NCBI GenBank assembly: GCA_037131755.1
Contig: JBAXQJ010000003.1
Location: 6,870-70,869, forward strand
DNA from: a bacterium
GTDB lineage: Bacteria; Patescibacteriota; Minisyncoccia; Phycocordibacterales; GWA1-40-21
DNA length: 64,000 nucleotides
Direction: 5' to 3'
In this document: in pieces, positions 1 through 9,643 of the stretch
Position numbering within the stretch: position 1 is the first letter of the stretch
Layout of the letters: each line of letters begins with the position of its first letter
Position numbers and translations under genes: made by a program
Notes under the pieces: model-generated
Database searches by the model: none
Told to the model about the DNA's origin: nothing
The model's input: only the letters and a program-made list of their open reading frames with translations

Positions 1-1117
1 AGACGGTGAAGACGTAAAATTGTCGATTGATGCGGGATTGCAAAATAAACTATACGCTTCCATTTCCGGTCTTGCCCATCAGGTGAATTTCAATGGTGGA
101 GCCGGCGTCATAATGGATATCAAGACTGGCGAAGTTTTGGCTTTGACCAGCTATCCGGAATTCAGCTCCCAGGTGATGACGGACGGCAGCGATTCCAAGC
201 TTATCAGCAGTTATTTAACCAATAACAACCGTCCGTTTTTGGACCGAGTAATCGACGGCTTGTATACGCCCGGTTCGATCGTGAAGCCGTATATGGCGAT
301 GGCGGCGCTCAGCGAAAAAGTCATTGACCAGTGGACGAATATTTTGAGCACGGGCGCGCTTATCCTGCCAAATCCCTACGATCCAAGCAAGCCTTCGATC
401 TTTAAGGATTGGAAGGCTCATGGCTATGTCGACATGCGAAAAGCTTTGGCCGTATCGTCGGATGAATATTTCTACCAAGTCGGCGGTGGTTTTCAAAATC
501 AGAAAGGCTTGGGCATTGCGAATATCGATAAGTATATGAAGCTGTTCGGTTTTAGCGTGGCCATCAAAGACGGTTTTTTTAGCGGTTCGGCCGGGACCAT
601 TCCGACTATCGATTGGAAAGCGAAAAATTTCAATGGCGAGGACTGGCGCATCGGAGACACTTATCACACCTCGATCGGCCAATACGGTTTTCAGGTGAGT
701 CCGATCCAGGCTGTTCGGGCGGTGGCGTCAATCGCCAATAGCGGAACATTGGTCAGTCCAAGCATTGTCTTGGGTGGCAATACGGACACTAGCGATTATA
801 TAAAACTGGATTTGGATCCAAGCTATTTCCAAATTGTCCGTGAGGGGATGAGAAATGGCGTGACTCAGGATTATGGCGTCGCCAAAGGTTTGAATAATCC
901 GGCTTGTCCGGTGGCTGCCAAGACCGGAACGGCCGAGCTCGGTGCCCTGAAACAATATGTGAACTCTTGGGTGACCGGATTTTTTCCGTATGATAATCCG
1001 AAATACGCTTTTGCGGTTTTAATGGAAAAAGGTCCGGTGACCAACACGATGGGTGCGCTTTACGTGATGCGTCAGACTTTGGACTGGCTGGTGGCGAATA
1101 CGAAATATTGCGAATGA
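1..1117 (+). CDS. penicillin-binding protein 2-type transpeptidase, C-terminal part (5' end lies outside the window)
   Basis: The ORF runs in frame from the window edge. It contains the KTGTAE (KTG) transpeptidase motif and otherwise resembles a PBP transpeptidase domain. Confidence 0.75.
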   Translation, partial: DGEDVKLSIDAGLQNKLYASISGLAHQVNFNGGAGVIMDIKTGEVLALTSYPEFSSQVMTDGSDSKLISSYLTNNNRPFLDRVIDGLYTPGSIVKPYMAMAALSEKVIDQWTNILSTGALILPNPYDPSKPSIFKDWKAHGYVDMRKALAVSSDEYFYQVGGGFQNQKGLGIANIDKYMKLFGFSVAIKDGFFSGSAGTIPTIDWKAKNFNGEDWRIGDTYHTSIGQYGFQVSPIQAVRAVASIANSGTLVSPSIVLGGNTDTSDYIKLDLDPSYFQIVREGMRNGVTQDYGVAKGLNNPACPVAAKTGTAELGALKQYVNSWVTGFFPYDNPKYAFAVLMEKGPVTNTMGALYVMRQTLDWLVANTKYCE

Positions 1118-1183
1118 CCGAAACTGGCATTTTAGTCTAAAATATGTTATTGTAGCGGACAATAATAGTTAATTAAAACAACC

Positions 1184-1657
1184 ATGAAAGAAGAAAGAGA
1201 ATATTTAACCAGGGAAAAATTTGATGAATTAAAGAAAGAGCTGGAGGATCTCAAAACTGTCAAACGAAAGGAAGTCGCTGAAAGCCTTGACTATGCCCGC
1301 GGTTTGGGAGACTTGTCGGAAAATGCCGAATATCACGAAGCTCGCGAAATGCAGGCCAACATTGAGGATCGCATTGCGAAATTGGAGGCGATGCTCAAGA
1401 ACGCTACGATCGTTTCTTCTGATGCCGTCCATGGTGAGCACGTCAAAATCGGTTCAGTGGTAACTGTCGAAAAGAAGGGTGATAAGAATCAAAAGAAATA
1501 CAAAATTGTCGGTTCCGAAGAGGCCGATATGACCTCTGGAAAGCTGTCCAACCGTTGTCCGCTCGGTGCCGCCGTCCTTGGAAAGAAAAAAGGCGAGGAT
1601 TTCAGTTTTAATTCTCCAGCCGGTACGATGCAATATAAGGTGGTGAATATTGAGTAA
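1184..1657 (+). CDS. greA: transcription elongation factor GreA
   Basis: 157 aa; N-terminal coiled coil and C-terminal FKBP-like domain typical of GreA; the LGDLSENAEYH motif is present. Confidence 0.9.
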   Translation: MKEEREYLTREKFDELKKELEDLKTVKRKEVAESLDYARGLGDLSENAEYHEAREMQANIEDRIAKLEAMLKNATIVSSDAVHGEHVKIGSVVTVEKKGDKNQKKYKIVGSEEADMTSGKLSNRCPLGAAVLGKKKGEDFSFNSPAGTMQYKVVNIE

Positions 1658-1690
1658 AAGGGCGCTCGCCTTATCCAAATTTTTATGCAG

Positions 1691-1716
1691 AAAACGCCCT
1701 CCCGCGGGGCGTTTTC
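1691..1716 (+). terminator. rho-independent terminator after greA
   Basis: The hairpin AAAACGCCC-loop-GGGCGTTTT is followed by a T-run. Confidence 0.7.
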
Positions 1717-1951
1717 CTAATCCTCGGCGGTTTTTCCACTTCAGAAAGTGGAACCAAACAAAACCGCCTGCGGACACAAAAATTTGGACAAGGCTCGCTT
1801 ACTTCCAAAAACGAAGGGCTCGCTTTCTCCACTCTGTCATTCCCTTGAAAAAGGGAATCCAGCTCTCGCTTTTTACCTAAAAACGTATTATTATAACAAG
1901 GTTAGAATTTGTTTATAAAAGCATTAATTTATTAGCCTAACACCTAAAAAA

Positions 1952-3412
1952 ATGGCTTCACTTGAAGAATTGCGCAATACCAGAATCGAAAAATTAAACA
2001 TTCTCAAATCCAAAGGCCTCAATCCTTTCCCGGCTTCCTGTAAGCGTGATTTTTACATTAACGAAGTCATCGCTGATTTTGACAATCTTTCAAAAAAAGA
2101 GTCGGTTACCTTGGTTGGCCGGGTAATGGCCATCCGCGGTCAGGGCGGTTTGATTTTCTTCAATTTTAATGACGGTACCGCCACCCTTCAGGGCTTGCTC
2201 AAAAAAGACGAAATGGATGCCGGTATTTTTGACCTGTTTGTCGACACCGTCGATATGGGCGATTTTGTAGAAGTATCTGGCTCTTTGTTCATAACCAAAA
2301 GAGGTGAAAAGACGCTAAAGGTCTCTACTTGGAAAATGTTGACAAAAGGTTTGCGACCATTGCCCGACAAATGGGATGGCTTGCAAGACGAAGAAGAAAA
2401 ACTGCGACGACGCTATCTGGATATCATGTTCAATCCGGAAGTAAAAGATATGTTTGTGAAGCGCTCAAAATTCTGGTCCGCCTTTCGCGAGTTTTTGACG
2501 AATAAGGGTTTTATGGAAGTGGAGACGCCAGTCTTGGAAAATACGCCAGGTGGAGCCGAAGCCAAGCCTTTCATTACCCATCATAACGCTCTTGATATGG
2601 AGGTTTATATGCGTATCTCGCCAGAATTATGGCTCAAAAGATTGATGGTTGCTGGTTTTCCCAAAGTCTTTGAAATTGGCCGGGATTTTCGCAATGAGGG
2701 AATGGATGCCGAGCATTTGCAGGATTATTCCATGCTCGAATGTTATGAGGCTTTTTCTGATTACAATCAAGGGATGAAATTCGTTGAAGAGATGTACCGA
2801 TTCGTGGCGGAAAAGACTTTCGGCACCTTGAAATTCAAGATCCGCAATTTTGAAATTGATTTGGCCGACAAATGGGAGATCTACGATTACACCGAGACGA
2901 TCAAGAAAATGACCGGCGTGGATATTTCCAAGGCCGATTTGGAAGAAGTGGAAGAGGCTCTGAAAAAGTTGAAAGTGGAATACGAGAGAGGCGAAGGTTT
3001 CAATCTGACTCGGGCCATCGATAATCTCTGGAAATATTGCCGACGACAGATTGCCGGTCCGGGCTTTTTGATTGGCGTCCCGGTAATTATGGAGCCATTG
3101 GCCAAGAGAATGGAAAGCAATCCGAATTTAGTGGAAAGATTCCAGGTGATTTTAGCTGGTTCAGAAATGGGTAAGGGTTTTAGCGAGCTCAATGATCCCC
3201 TCGATCAAATGGATCGCTTTATGGACCAGGCCAAGCTTCGTGATGAAGGTGACGAAGAAGCCCAAATGACTGACGGCGACTTTGTCGAGGCTTTGGAATA
3301 TGGTATGCCACCAACTTTTGGTTTTGGTTTTTCCGAGCGCCTCTTTAGTTTTTTGATGAACAAACCCGCTCGCGAAGCACAGATTTTCCCACTTCTTAAG
3401 CCGAAGAAATAA
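1952..3412 (+). CDS. lysS: lysyl-tRNA synthetase, class II
   Basis: 486 aa; class II motifs and the LysRS-like core EVETPVLENTPGGAEAKPF...GRDFRNEGMD. Confidence 0.92.
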   Translation: MASLEELRNTRIEKLNILKSKGLNPFPASCKRDFYINEVIADFDNLSKKESVTLVGRVMAIRGQGGLIFFNFNDGTATLQGLLKKDEMDAGIFDLFVDTVDMGDFVEVSGSLFITKRGEKTLKVSTWKMLTKGLRPLPDKWDGLQDEEEKLRRRYLDIMFNPEVKDMFVKRSKFWSAFREFLTNKGFMEVETPVLENTPGGAEAKPFITHHNALDMEVYMRISPELWLKRLMVAGFPKVFEIGRDFRNEGMDAEHLQDYSMLECYEAFSDYNQGMKFVEEMYRFVAEKTFGTLKFKIRNFEIDLADKWEIYDYTETIKKMTGVDISKADLEEVEEALKKLKVEYERGEGFNLTRAIDNLWKYCRRQIAGPGFLIGVPVIMEPLAKRMESNPNLVERFQVILAGSEMGKGFSELNDPLDQMDRFMDQAKLRDEGDEEAQMTDGDFVEALEYGMPPTFGFGFSERLFSFLMNKPAREAQIFPLLKPKK

Positions 3413-3413
3413 T

Positions 3414-3821
3414 ATGAAAGACGACGCACAATTTTATGTCGGACAGAAGGCCTTTATCAGAAAAGGCGATCAGGTTTTGGTCCTCTCTCATTTTGATGGC
3501 GGAATAGATTATCCGGGTGGAAAAATCCAAGAGGGAGAAATTGATTTGGCGGAGTCCTTAAAAAGAGAGGTGAGAGAAGAAACTGGTTTGGAAATAGAAG
3601 TTGGCGAAGCCTTTACCACTAGAATGCATGTGTTTGGTGACAAGCATCGTTTGGCGGGAAAGAATTTGTTTTTGGTTGGTTATAAATGCGAATATACATC
3701 TGGAGAAGTAAAGATAAGTCACGAACATGGTGGCTATGCTTGGGTGACAAAAGATAATTTTTTGGAAAAAAACGATGGTTCAAAACATTTTGAAATGTTG
3801 AGGAAGTATTTTTCGTTGTAA
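3414..3821 (+). CDS. NUDIX hydrolase
   Basis: Nudix box GGKIQEGEIDLAESLKREVREETGL. Confidence 0.85.
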   Translation: MKDDAQFYVGQKAFIRKGDQVLVLSHFDGGIDYPGGKIQEGEIDLAESLKREVREETGLEIEVGEAFTTRMHVFGDKHRLAGKNLFLVGYKCEYTSGEVKISHEHGGYAWVTKDNFLEKNDGSKHFEMLRKYFSL

Positions 3822-3956
3822 AAATAAGTAAAAAGTGGATAACTCAAATTTTGTTTAAGAATATTTGAGTTATTTTTAAAATAACTTTATTTAGAGCCGT
3901 ATTCTGACGGCGTTTTTTTATTATCTTTTGATAAAAAAGTGCCTTTATTTGTTGTC

Positions 3957-4004
3957 GAGTGGGATGAAGTGTTATAAAATATACATGCAGTGGGAGAAAG
4001 TGGT
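3957..4004 (+). promoter_or_regulatory. candidate MraZ operator: GTGGG/GTGGT direct repeats upstream of mraZ
   Basis: GTGGG at 3959, GTGGG at 3990 and GTGGT at 4000 are spaced at roughly 10-bp multiples around a TATAAAAT -10-like element. MraZ is known to bind GTGG-containing direct repeats. Confidence 0.35.
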
Positions 4005-4079
4005 ATTTAGTCAGATTTCTGTAATAACGAAAGAAATAATCCGACTATCTACAATATATAAACTACTGTCTACAAAATC

Positions 4080-4514
4080 ATGTTAATCGGCGAATACATA
4101 CACACCATAGACGAAAAGAAACGACTTTCCTTGCCGGTAAAGTTCCGTAAGGAAATGGGCAAGAAGATCATCGTGACCGCCGGCCTCGACAACTGTCTGT
4201 TTGCTTTTACTTTGAAGCAGTGGCAGAAAATTTCCGACAAACTGTCCGAAGCCAACATGCTGAAAGCCGACAATCGAAGCTTTAACCGCTACATGTTTGG
4301 CAGCGCCATCGAGGCAGACATCGACTCCATCGGCAGGATTTTGGTCCCGGACTTCTTGGTAGAACGAGCCGGCTTGAAAGGAAAGGTGGCCGTGATCGGT
4401 GTTCAGGATCGCGTGGAAATCTGGAACGATGAGGCTTGGAAGGCTTACAAGAATGTGGTGGAAAAAGAAGCCGATCAATTAGCAGAAAAACTCGGCAGCG
4501 CCGGCGCAATCTAA
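4080..4514 (+). CDS. mraZ: transcriptional regulator MraZ
   Basis: 144 aa; duplicated MraZ-type domains with DxxxR motifs; first gene of the dcw cluster. Confidence 0.88.
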   Translation: MLIGEYIHTIDEKKRLSLPVKFRKEMGKKIIVTAGLDNCLFAFTLKQWQKISDKLSEANMLKADNRSFNRYMFGSAIEADIDSIGRILVPDFLVERAGLKGKVAVIGVQDRVEIWNDEAWKAYKNVVEKEADQLAEKLGSAGAI

Positions 4515-4519
4515 TACCT

Positions 4520-5416
4520 ATGCAACACGTAACAGTTCTTTTAAAAGAAACAGTCGACGGAGTAAGCCTCAAGAAGGGCGATATCGTCTTTGACGGTACC
4601 TTGGGCGGCGGCGGACATTCTGTCGAGATTGCTAAACGGTTCGGTAAGGACGTAAAGATCGTGGCCGTTGATCGCGATCAGGATGCCCTGAACCGGTCCG
4701 AAGCGAGGTTGAAAGATTTGAAGGCTGATTATTCTTTGAAGCTCTCTGATTACCGAAAGATAGACGAAGTTTTATCCGGACTCGGTATCAAAGAGGTTCA
4801 AGGAATCATTTTGGATCTTGGCTTGAGTTCCAATCAGTTGGATGAGTCGGGCCGAGGCTTTACTTTTCAAAAAGACGAACCGCTGTATATGACTTTTGCT
4901 CGGCCGGAAGACAAACCGTTGATTACCGCAACAGACATCGTGAATGACTGGGCCGAAGAGACGATTGCCGACATCATCTATGCTTATGGGGATGAGAGAT
5001 ACGCGAGACGAATAGCCAAGGCGATCGTGATCGCCAGGGAATCGGGAGAAATCAAGACGACAGGCGAGCTAGTCGCGATTATCGAAAGTGCTGTACCGGC
5101 CGTCTACCGACGGGGCAAGACCAATTGCGCCACCAAGACTTTTCAGGCTTTACGAATCGCGGTCAATGACGAACTAGGAGCGCTTAAGGAAGGTTTAAGC
5201 AAGGGTTTCGACAAATTGGCAGTTGGTGGACGAATGTCGATCATTTCCTTTCACAGCCTGGAAGACCGTACGGTCAAGAATTTCTTCAGAGACAAAGCCA
5301 AAGAAGGTTCCGGAAAACTGATAAACAAGAAACCAATCATACCGAAAGACGAAGAAATCAGGGAAAATCCACGATCACGCAGCGCCAAATTGAGAATAAT
5401 TGAAAAGATAAAATAA
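4520..5416 (+). CDS. rsmH: 16S rRNA (cytosine1402-N4)-methyltransferase RsmH
   Basis: The SAM-binding motif DGTLGGGGHS is present and the gene follows mraZ. The track ORF begins at 4436 and overlaps mraZ, so the ATG at 4520 was chosen as the start. Confidence 0.88.
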   Translation: MQHVTVLLKETVDGVSLKKGDIVFDGTLGGGGHSVEIAKRFGKDVKIVAVDRDQDALNRSEARLKDLKADYSLKLSDYRKIDEVLSGLGIKEVQGIILDLGLSSNQLDESGRGFTFQKDEPLYMTFARPEDKPLITATDIVNDWAEETIADIIYAYGDERYARRIAKAIVIARESGEIKTTGELVAIIESAVPAVYRRGKTNCATKTFQALRIAVNDELGALKEGLSKGFDKLAVGGRMSIISFHSLEDRTVKNFFRDKAKEGSGKLINKKPIIPKDEEIRENPRSRSAKLRIIEKIK

Positions 5417-5421
5417 TAACA

Positions 5422-5748
5422 ATGACAAAGGTATTAATCAATAAAATTGAAAAAATTACGGAAATCCAAGAAAAGCTTTTTTGGTCATTTGTTGCTATTG
5501 TCGCGATTTTGGCTGTCAGTTATGGATTTTTGATGAGAGACCTGGTGGTCAAGGTGGTGGCCCGACAAAACCTTGAAAAGGAAATCGTCGCCATGTCATC
5601 ACAGGTCGGAATTTTGGAAACAAAATATTTCGAACAAAAGAATGCGATTACCATGCAGACCGCGGAACAAATCGGCTTTGTGGAGGCAAAGAACATCAAC
5701 TATCTAAGTGCCGCCAATGTGTCCTCAAACCTGTCCTTAAGAAACTAA
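5422..5748 (+). CDS. ftsL: cell division protein FtsL-like (small bitopic membrane protein)
   Basis: 108 aa with one TM segment followed by a coiled-coil region; it sits between rsmH and ftsI. Confidence 0.6.
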   Translation: MTKVLINKIEKITEIQEKLFWSFVAIVAILAVSYGFLMRDLVVKVVARQNLEKEIVAMSSQVGILETKYFEQKNAITMQTAEQIGFVEAKNINYLSAANVSSNLSLRN

Positions 5749-5792
5749 TCCTGTCATTTCGTGCGAAGTGGGGCAATCCATCCTAACACACC

Positions 5793-7505
5793 ATGTCGAT
5801 CAATTCTCCAGAAAACAGAATAAGGATAGTTTTTTCTGGCGTGATACTTATCGCCCTGATTTTAGTCACGAGATTGTATTTTCTCCAGGTAGTTCACGGC
5901 AAGGAATACAGCGACCGGGCTGACCGGCAATATGTAAAGTCCTATTCGCAAATATTCGATCGCGGTTCGATAAATTTCAGCAACAAGGATGGGACGGTAA
6001 TCTCTGCTGCCACTTTGTCAAACGGCTATACTGTCTCGTTGAATCCCAAAAAAATCACCGACCAAAAGTCCTTATATGACAAGCTGTCTTTGGTTGTCAG
6101 CATCACGCCGGAAGATTACTACGCAAAGGTGTCGAAGGTAAACAGCTCTTATGAGAAAATTGCTGAACGCATCGATCGCACGACGGCTGACAAGATTACC
6201 GCCCTAAAACTCGACGGTGTCGAAGTGCAAAAGCAAAACTGGCGCTATTATCCAAGCAAGAATATTGCCTCGCGGGTGATCGGCTTTGTCGGCTTTGACG
6301 GCGATACTTTCGATGGGAGATACGGTTTGGAAAAATACTACAACGATATCCTGGCGCGAAATCAAAACGGAATGTACGTAAACTTTTTTGCCGAGCTGTT
6401 TTCAAACATCAACAAGGCGATCAGCAGCGATGACAACAACGAGGGAGACATCGTCACAACGATCGAACCGACCGTGGAGAGCTATCTGGAAAGCAAGATC
6501 GCCGACGTTCAAAAGAAATACGAGAGCAATATCACTGGCGGCATAATCATGGATCCGCAGACAGGCGAGATCACGGCGATGGCCGTCAATCCCAATTTTG
6601 ATCCGAATAATTATAATTTGGAAAAGGATGTATCGGTTTATAATAATCCGCTGGTGGAAGGGGTGTATGAGATGGGTTCGATTATCAAACCACTGACCGT
6701 GGCGGCGGCCCTCGATACCGGGGCAGTGACGGCCGAGACGACCTACAACGACACCGGCTGCTGGACATTGGATAAATCCACCATTTGTAATTTCGACGGC
6801 AAGGCGCGTGGGGTGGTGCCGGTTCAGCAAGTATTGAGCCAGTCTTTGAACGTCGGTTCGGCTCATGTCGCTTTGCTTATGGGCAAGGACAATTTTGCTA
6901 CTTATATGAGAAATTATGGCTTGGATGTGGAGACGGGCATCGACCTGCCAAGCGAAAATCATGGCCGTCTGAACAACCTGACCAGCCCGCGAGATATCGA
7001 ATATGCCACCGCCGCTTTTGGGCAGGGAATTTCCATGACGCCGATCGAGACCATTCGGGCGCTCGCTTCGCTTGGCAATGGCGGGAAATTGGTCAAGCCT
7101 CACCTGGTGAAAAAGATCGAATACAAAAACGGCTTGTTCAATAATATCTCCTATGAAAACGAGGCAACCCAAGTCCTCAAAAAAGAAACCTCGACGGAAA
7201 TTTCCCGGATGCTGACCGAGGTGGTGGACAAGGCTTTGATGAACGGAACGATCAAACTCGAGCATTATAGCGTGGCAGCAAAAACCGGTACTGCCCAGAT
7301 TGCCAAACCGGGAGGAGGGTATTATGATGATAAATGGTTGCACTCCTTCTTCGGCTATTTTCCGTCATATAAGCCGAAATTCATCATATTTCTATACACA
7401 GTAGAGCCAAAAGGGGTGAATTATGCCTCTCAGACATTGACGCAGCCGTTTGCTGACCTGGTAAAGTTTCTGATAAATTATTATGAAATAGCGCCCGATC
7501 GCTAA
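5793..7505 (+). CDS. ftsI: peptidoglycan D,D-transpeptidase FtsI (PBP3-type)
   Basis: 570 aa; N-terminal TM segment; SIIKP (SxxK) and KTGTAQ motifs; located in the dcw cluster. Confidence 0.85.
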   Translation: MSINSPENRIRIVFSGVILIALILVTRLYFLQVVHGKEYSDRADRQYVKSYSQIFDRGSINFSNKDGTVISAATLSNGYTVSLNPKKITDQKSLYDKLSLVVSITPEDYYAKVSKVNSSYEKIAERIDRTTADKITALKLDGVEVQKQNWRYYPSKNIASRVIGFVGFDGDTFDGRYGLEKYYNDILARNQNGMYVNFFAELFSNINKAISSDDNNEGDIVTTIEPTVESYLESKIADVQKKYESNITGGIIMDPQTGEITAMAVNPNFDPNNYNLEKDVSVYNNPLVEGVYEMGSIIKPLTVAAALDTGAVTAETTYNDTGCWTLDKSTICNFDGKARGVVPVQQVLSQSLNVGSAHVALLMGKDNFATYMRNYGLDVETGIDLPSENHGRLNNLTSPRDIEYATAAFGQGISMTPIETIRALASLGNGGKLVKPHLVKKIEYKNGLFNNISYENEATQVLKKETSTEISRMLTEVVDKALMNGTIKLEHYSVAAKTGTAQIAKPGGGYYDDKWLHSFFGYFPSYKPKFIIFLYTVEPKGVNYASQTLTQPFADLVKFLINYYEIAPDR

Positions 7506-7578
7506 AAATGCAAAATGTTGGGACGGCACCTGGTGTCATTTCCGCGCCGACGGGAATCCAGAATTATATTTAATATCA

Positions 7579-8868
7579 ATGAAAAATTTATTTAAAACAA
7601 TCATATCAAGAATATTGGAAATCGAGGCCAAGGCTGTTTTGCGGAAATATCGGCCAAAGATTATTGCCGTGACTGGCAGCGTGGGCAAAACTTCCACCAA
7701 GGATGCGATTTTTACAGTGATCTCGAAATCATTTTATGCCAGAAAAAGCGAGAAGAGCTTTAATAGCGATATCGGTGTACCGCTTACGATTTTAGGCTGT
7801 CAAAATGCCTGGTCCGATCCAGTGAAATGGTTACAGAATATTTGGCAGGGTATTATGATGATTGTTTCTAAACAAGCTTATCCGGAGTGGCTAGTCCTCG
7901 AAGTCGGGGCGGATCGTCCGGGCGATATCAAGAAGATTTCCAGCTGGCTAAAGCCCGATGTTGTCGTGATGACGAAGTTTTCCAAGGTGCCAGTCCATGT
8001 TGAATTTTTTAAAAACAAGGACGAAGTGGTGGCGGAAAAAGGCCATTTGGTAGAGGCTTTGAAGCATGATGGAACGCTGGTTTTGAATAGCGACGATGAA
8101 GACGTCTATTCCTTCAAGAAGAAATTTCATAACAAAATTATTTCGTTTGGGACAATCGGCGAAATAGACGTAAAAGGATCGAATGTTTCGATTTGCTATG
8201 AAAATGACCAACCAATTGGAATTCAATTTAAGATCGAATATGACGGCAATGTTATCCCGGTAAAACTCCTTGGTTCTCTTGGGGCGGCAAATATTTATTC
8301 CGCCTTGGCCGCCATCTCGGTCGGAGTGAGCCTTGGCTTGAACGTCGTTGAAATGACCGAGCGTCTGGCCAATCACGAGTCGCCTCGAGGCCGAATGAAG
8401 CTCGTTAGCGGACTAAAAAACACGACCTTGATCGACGACACCTACAATTCTTCGCCGGTTGCCCTGCATTCCGCCCTCCAGACTTTGGGCGAGATAGAGA
8501 CCAAGGGCCGAAAAATTGCCGTCCTTGGCGACATGATGGAGCTCGGCAAGCATTCGGCTGAAGCGCACAAAGAAGGTGGCGAAATGGCCGCCAAGGTCTG
8601 TGATGTGCTGATTACGGTCGGAATGAGGTCTAGAATTTTGGCGGAAGCGGCCCTTGATGATAACCTTGCTGACAGTAATATTTTTCAATTTGATAATTCG
8701 CGCGAAGCCGGGGAATTTTTGCAAGATTATTTAAGGTCTGGTGATGTGATTTTGGTCAAAGGCTCGCAGTCAATGCGTATGGAGAGGGTGGTCGAAGAGG
8801 TGATGGCTCAGCCAGAAAAGGCCGGCGATCTGCTCGTTCGACAAGAGGAAGAGTGGTTGGCCAGATAG
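7579..8868 (+). CDS. murF: UDP-N-acetylmuramoyl-tripeptide--D-alanyl-D-alanine ligase MurF
   Basis: 429 aa; Mur ligase P-loop GSVGKTSTK and Mur ligase middle and C-terminal domains. Confidence 0.85.
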   Translation: MKNLFKTIISRILEIEAKAVLRKYRPKIIAVTGSVGKTSTKDAIFTVISKSFYARKSEKSFNSDIGVPLTILGCQNAWSDPVKWLQNIWQGIMMIVSKQAYPEWLVLEVGADRPGDIKKISSWLKPDVVVMTKFSKVPVHVEFFKNKDEVVAEKGHLVEALKHDGTLVLNSDDEDVYSFKKKFHNKIISFGTIGEIDVKGSNVSICYENDQPIGIQFKIEYDGNVIPVKLLGSLGAANIYSALAAISVGVSLGLNVVEMTERLANHESPRGRMKLVSGLKNTTLIDDTYNSSPVALHSALQTLGEIETKGRKIAVLGDMMELGKHSAEAHKEGGEMAAKVCDVLITVGMRSRILAEAALDDNLADSNIFQFDNSREAGEFLQDYLRSGDVILVKGSQSMRMERVVEEVMAQPEKAGDLLVRQEEEWLAR

Positions 8869-8900
8869 TTTGTGGTCGTCTATAAAATATTTTAAATTAC

Positions 8901-9263
8901 ATGCCAAAAATAAATTCAACAGAATTTGGTTCTATCACGATTGATGATATAAAATATAGTCAGGTTCTTATCGTTGGCGACAAAGTGATGGAGCGCGAGT
9001 ATTCAAAATTAAAAGAGCTTTTTGGGACTTCCCATAAAATTGGGGATTGGGAGGTTGAAGAGTTATTAAAAGAAAGTCCGGAGACTATCATAATCGGAAC
9101 CGGTCAAGACGCCATGCTTGAAGTTGATGAAGGCACTGTCAAAACGTTTAAGGATAATGACATAAAATTAATCATCGAGAAAACACCGCAAGCGATTGAA
9201 ACATATAACACCTTAAAGGCGAAAGGAGTCATGGTTAATTCACTTATTCATACTACGTGTTAG
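8901..9263 (+). CDS. Mth938-like (DUF498) domain protein
   Basis: 120 aa; the IIIGTG and YN..L..GV.V patterns are typical of the Mth938 fold. Confidence 0.55.
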   Translation: MPKINSTEFGSITIDDIKYSQVLIVGDKVMEREYSKLKELFGTSHKIGDWEVEELLKESPETIIIGTGQDAMLEVDEGTVKTFKDNDIKLIIEKTPQAIETYNTLKAKGVMVNSLIHTTC

Positions 9264-9346
9264 TTTTTGTTGGACACTCTCAGGACACAGCTAATGCTTC
9301 GAACTCTTTACAAAGAAAATATTATATATCCGAATAGTTATCCACA

Positions 9347-9376
9347 GTTGACGGTGAACGAATGTTCACCTATACT
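9347..9376 (+). promoter_or_regulatory. sigma70-like promoter whose -35/-10 spacer holds a LexA (Cheo-type) SOS box
   Basis: TTGACG(-35)-GGTGAACGAATGTTCACC-TATACT(-10). The arms GGTGAAC/GTTCACC form a perfect 7-bp inverted repeat with a GAAC-N4-GTTC core. A perfect DnaA-box nonamer TTATCCACA lies immediately upstream at 9339. Confidence 0.65.
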
Positions 9377-9643
9377 GTCTATATATAAAAGTCGTTATAT
9401 TTTAGACAAAATAACCAATATAAAAATATGAGCCAATATTCATTAGAGAAAAAAAATAAAGGAGGAGTTGAGATTAGTTAACGATATCATCGACTTAAAG
9501 ATCCTAAAAGGACTATCTTACAAGAGAGAAGCCGTCAGACATCGTTTCTTGCTGAATAGGTTGGTCGACCTTCATCGATTGCCCAAATTCCATTCTTCTT
9601 GGTTTCAAAGGATGACCAATGTCGTAGCCACCTTTCTATTATA

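Noticed and set aside
6402-7343. 313-aa - strand ORF inside ftsI, and similar antisense ORFs inside PBP, lysS, dnaB, dnaK, leuS and others
   Set aside because: Shadow ORFs within well-supported genes; their composition is not protein-like.
9599-9643. TTG start at 9599 for lexA, which would add 15 residues at the N-terminus
   Set aside because: The ATG at 9644 gives an N-terminus that aligns with canonical LexA winged-helix starts, and a TATAAT-like element sits immediately upstream.
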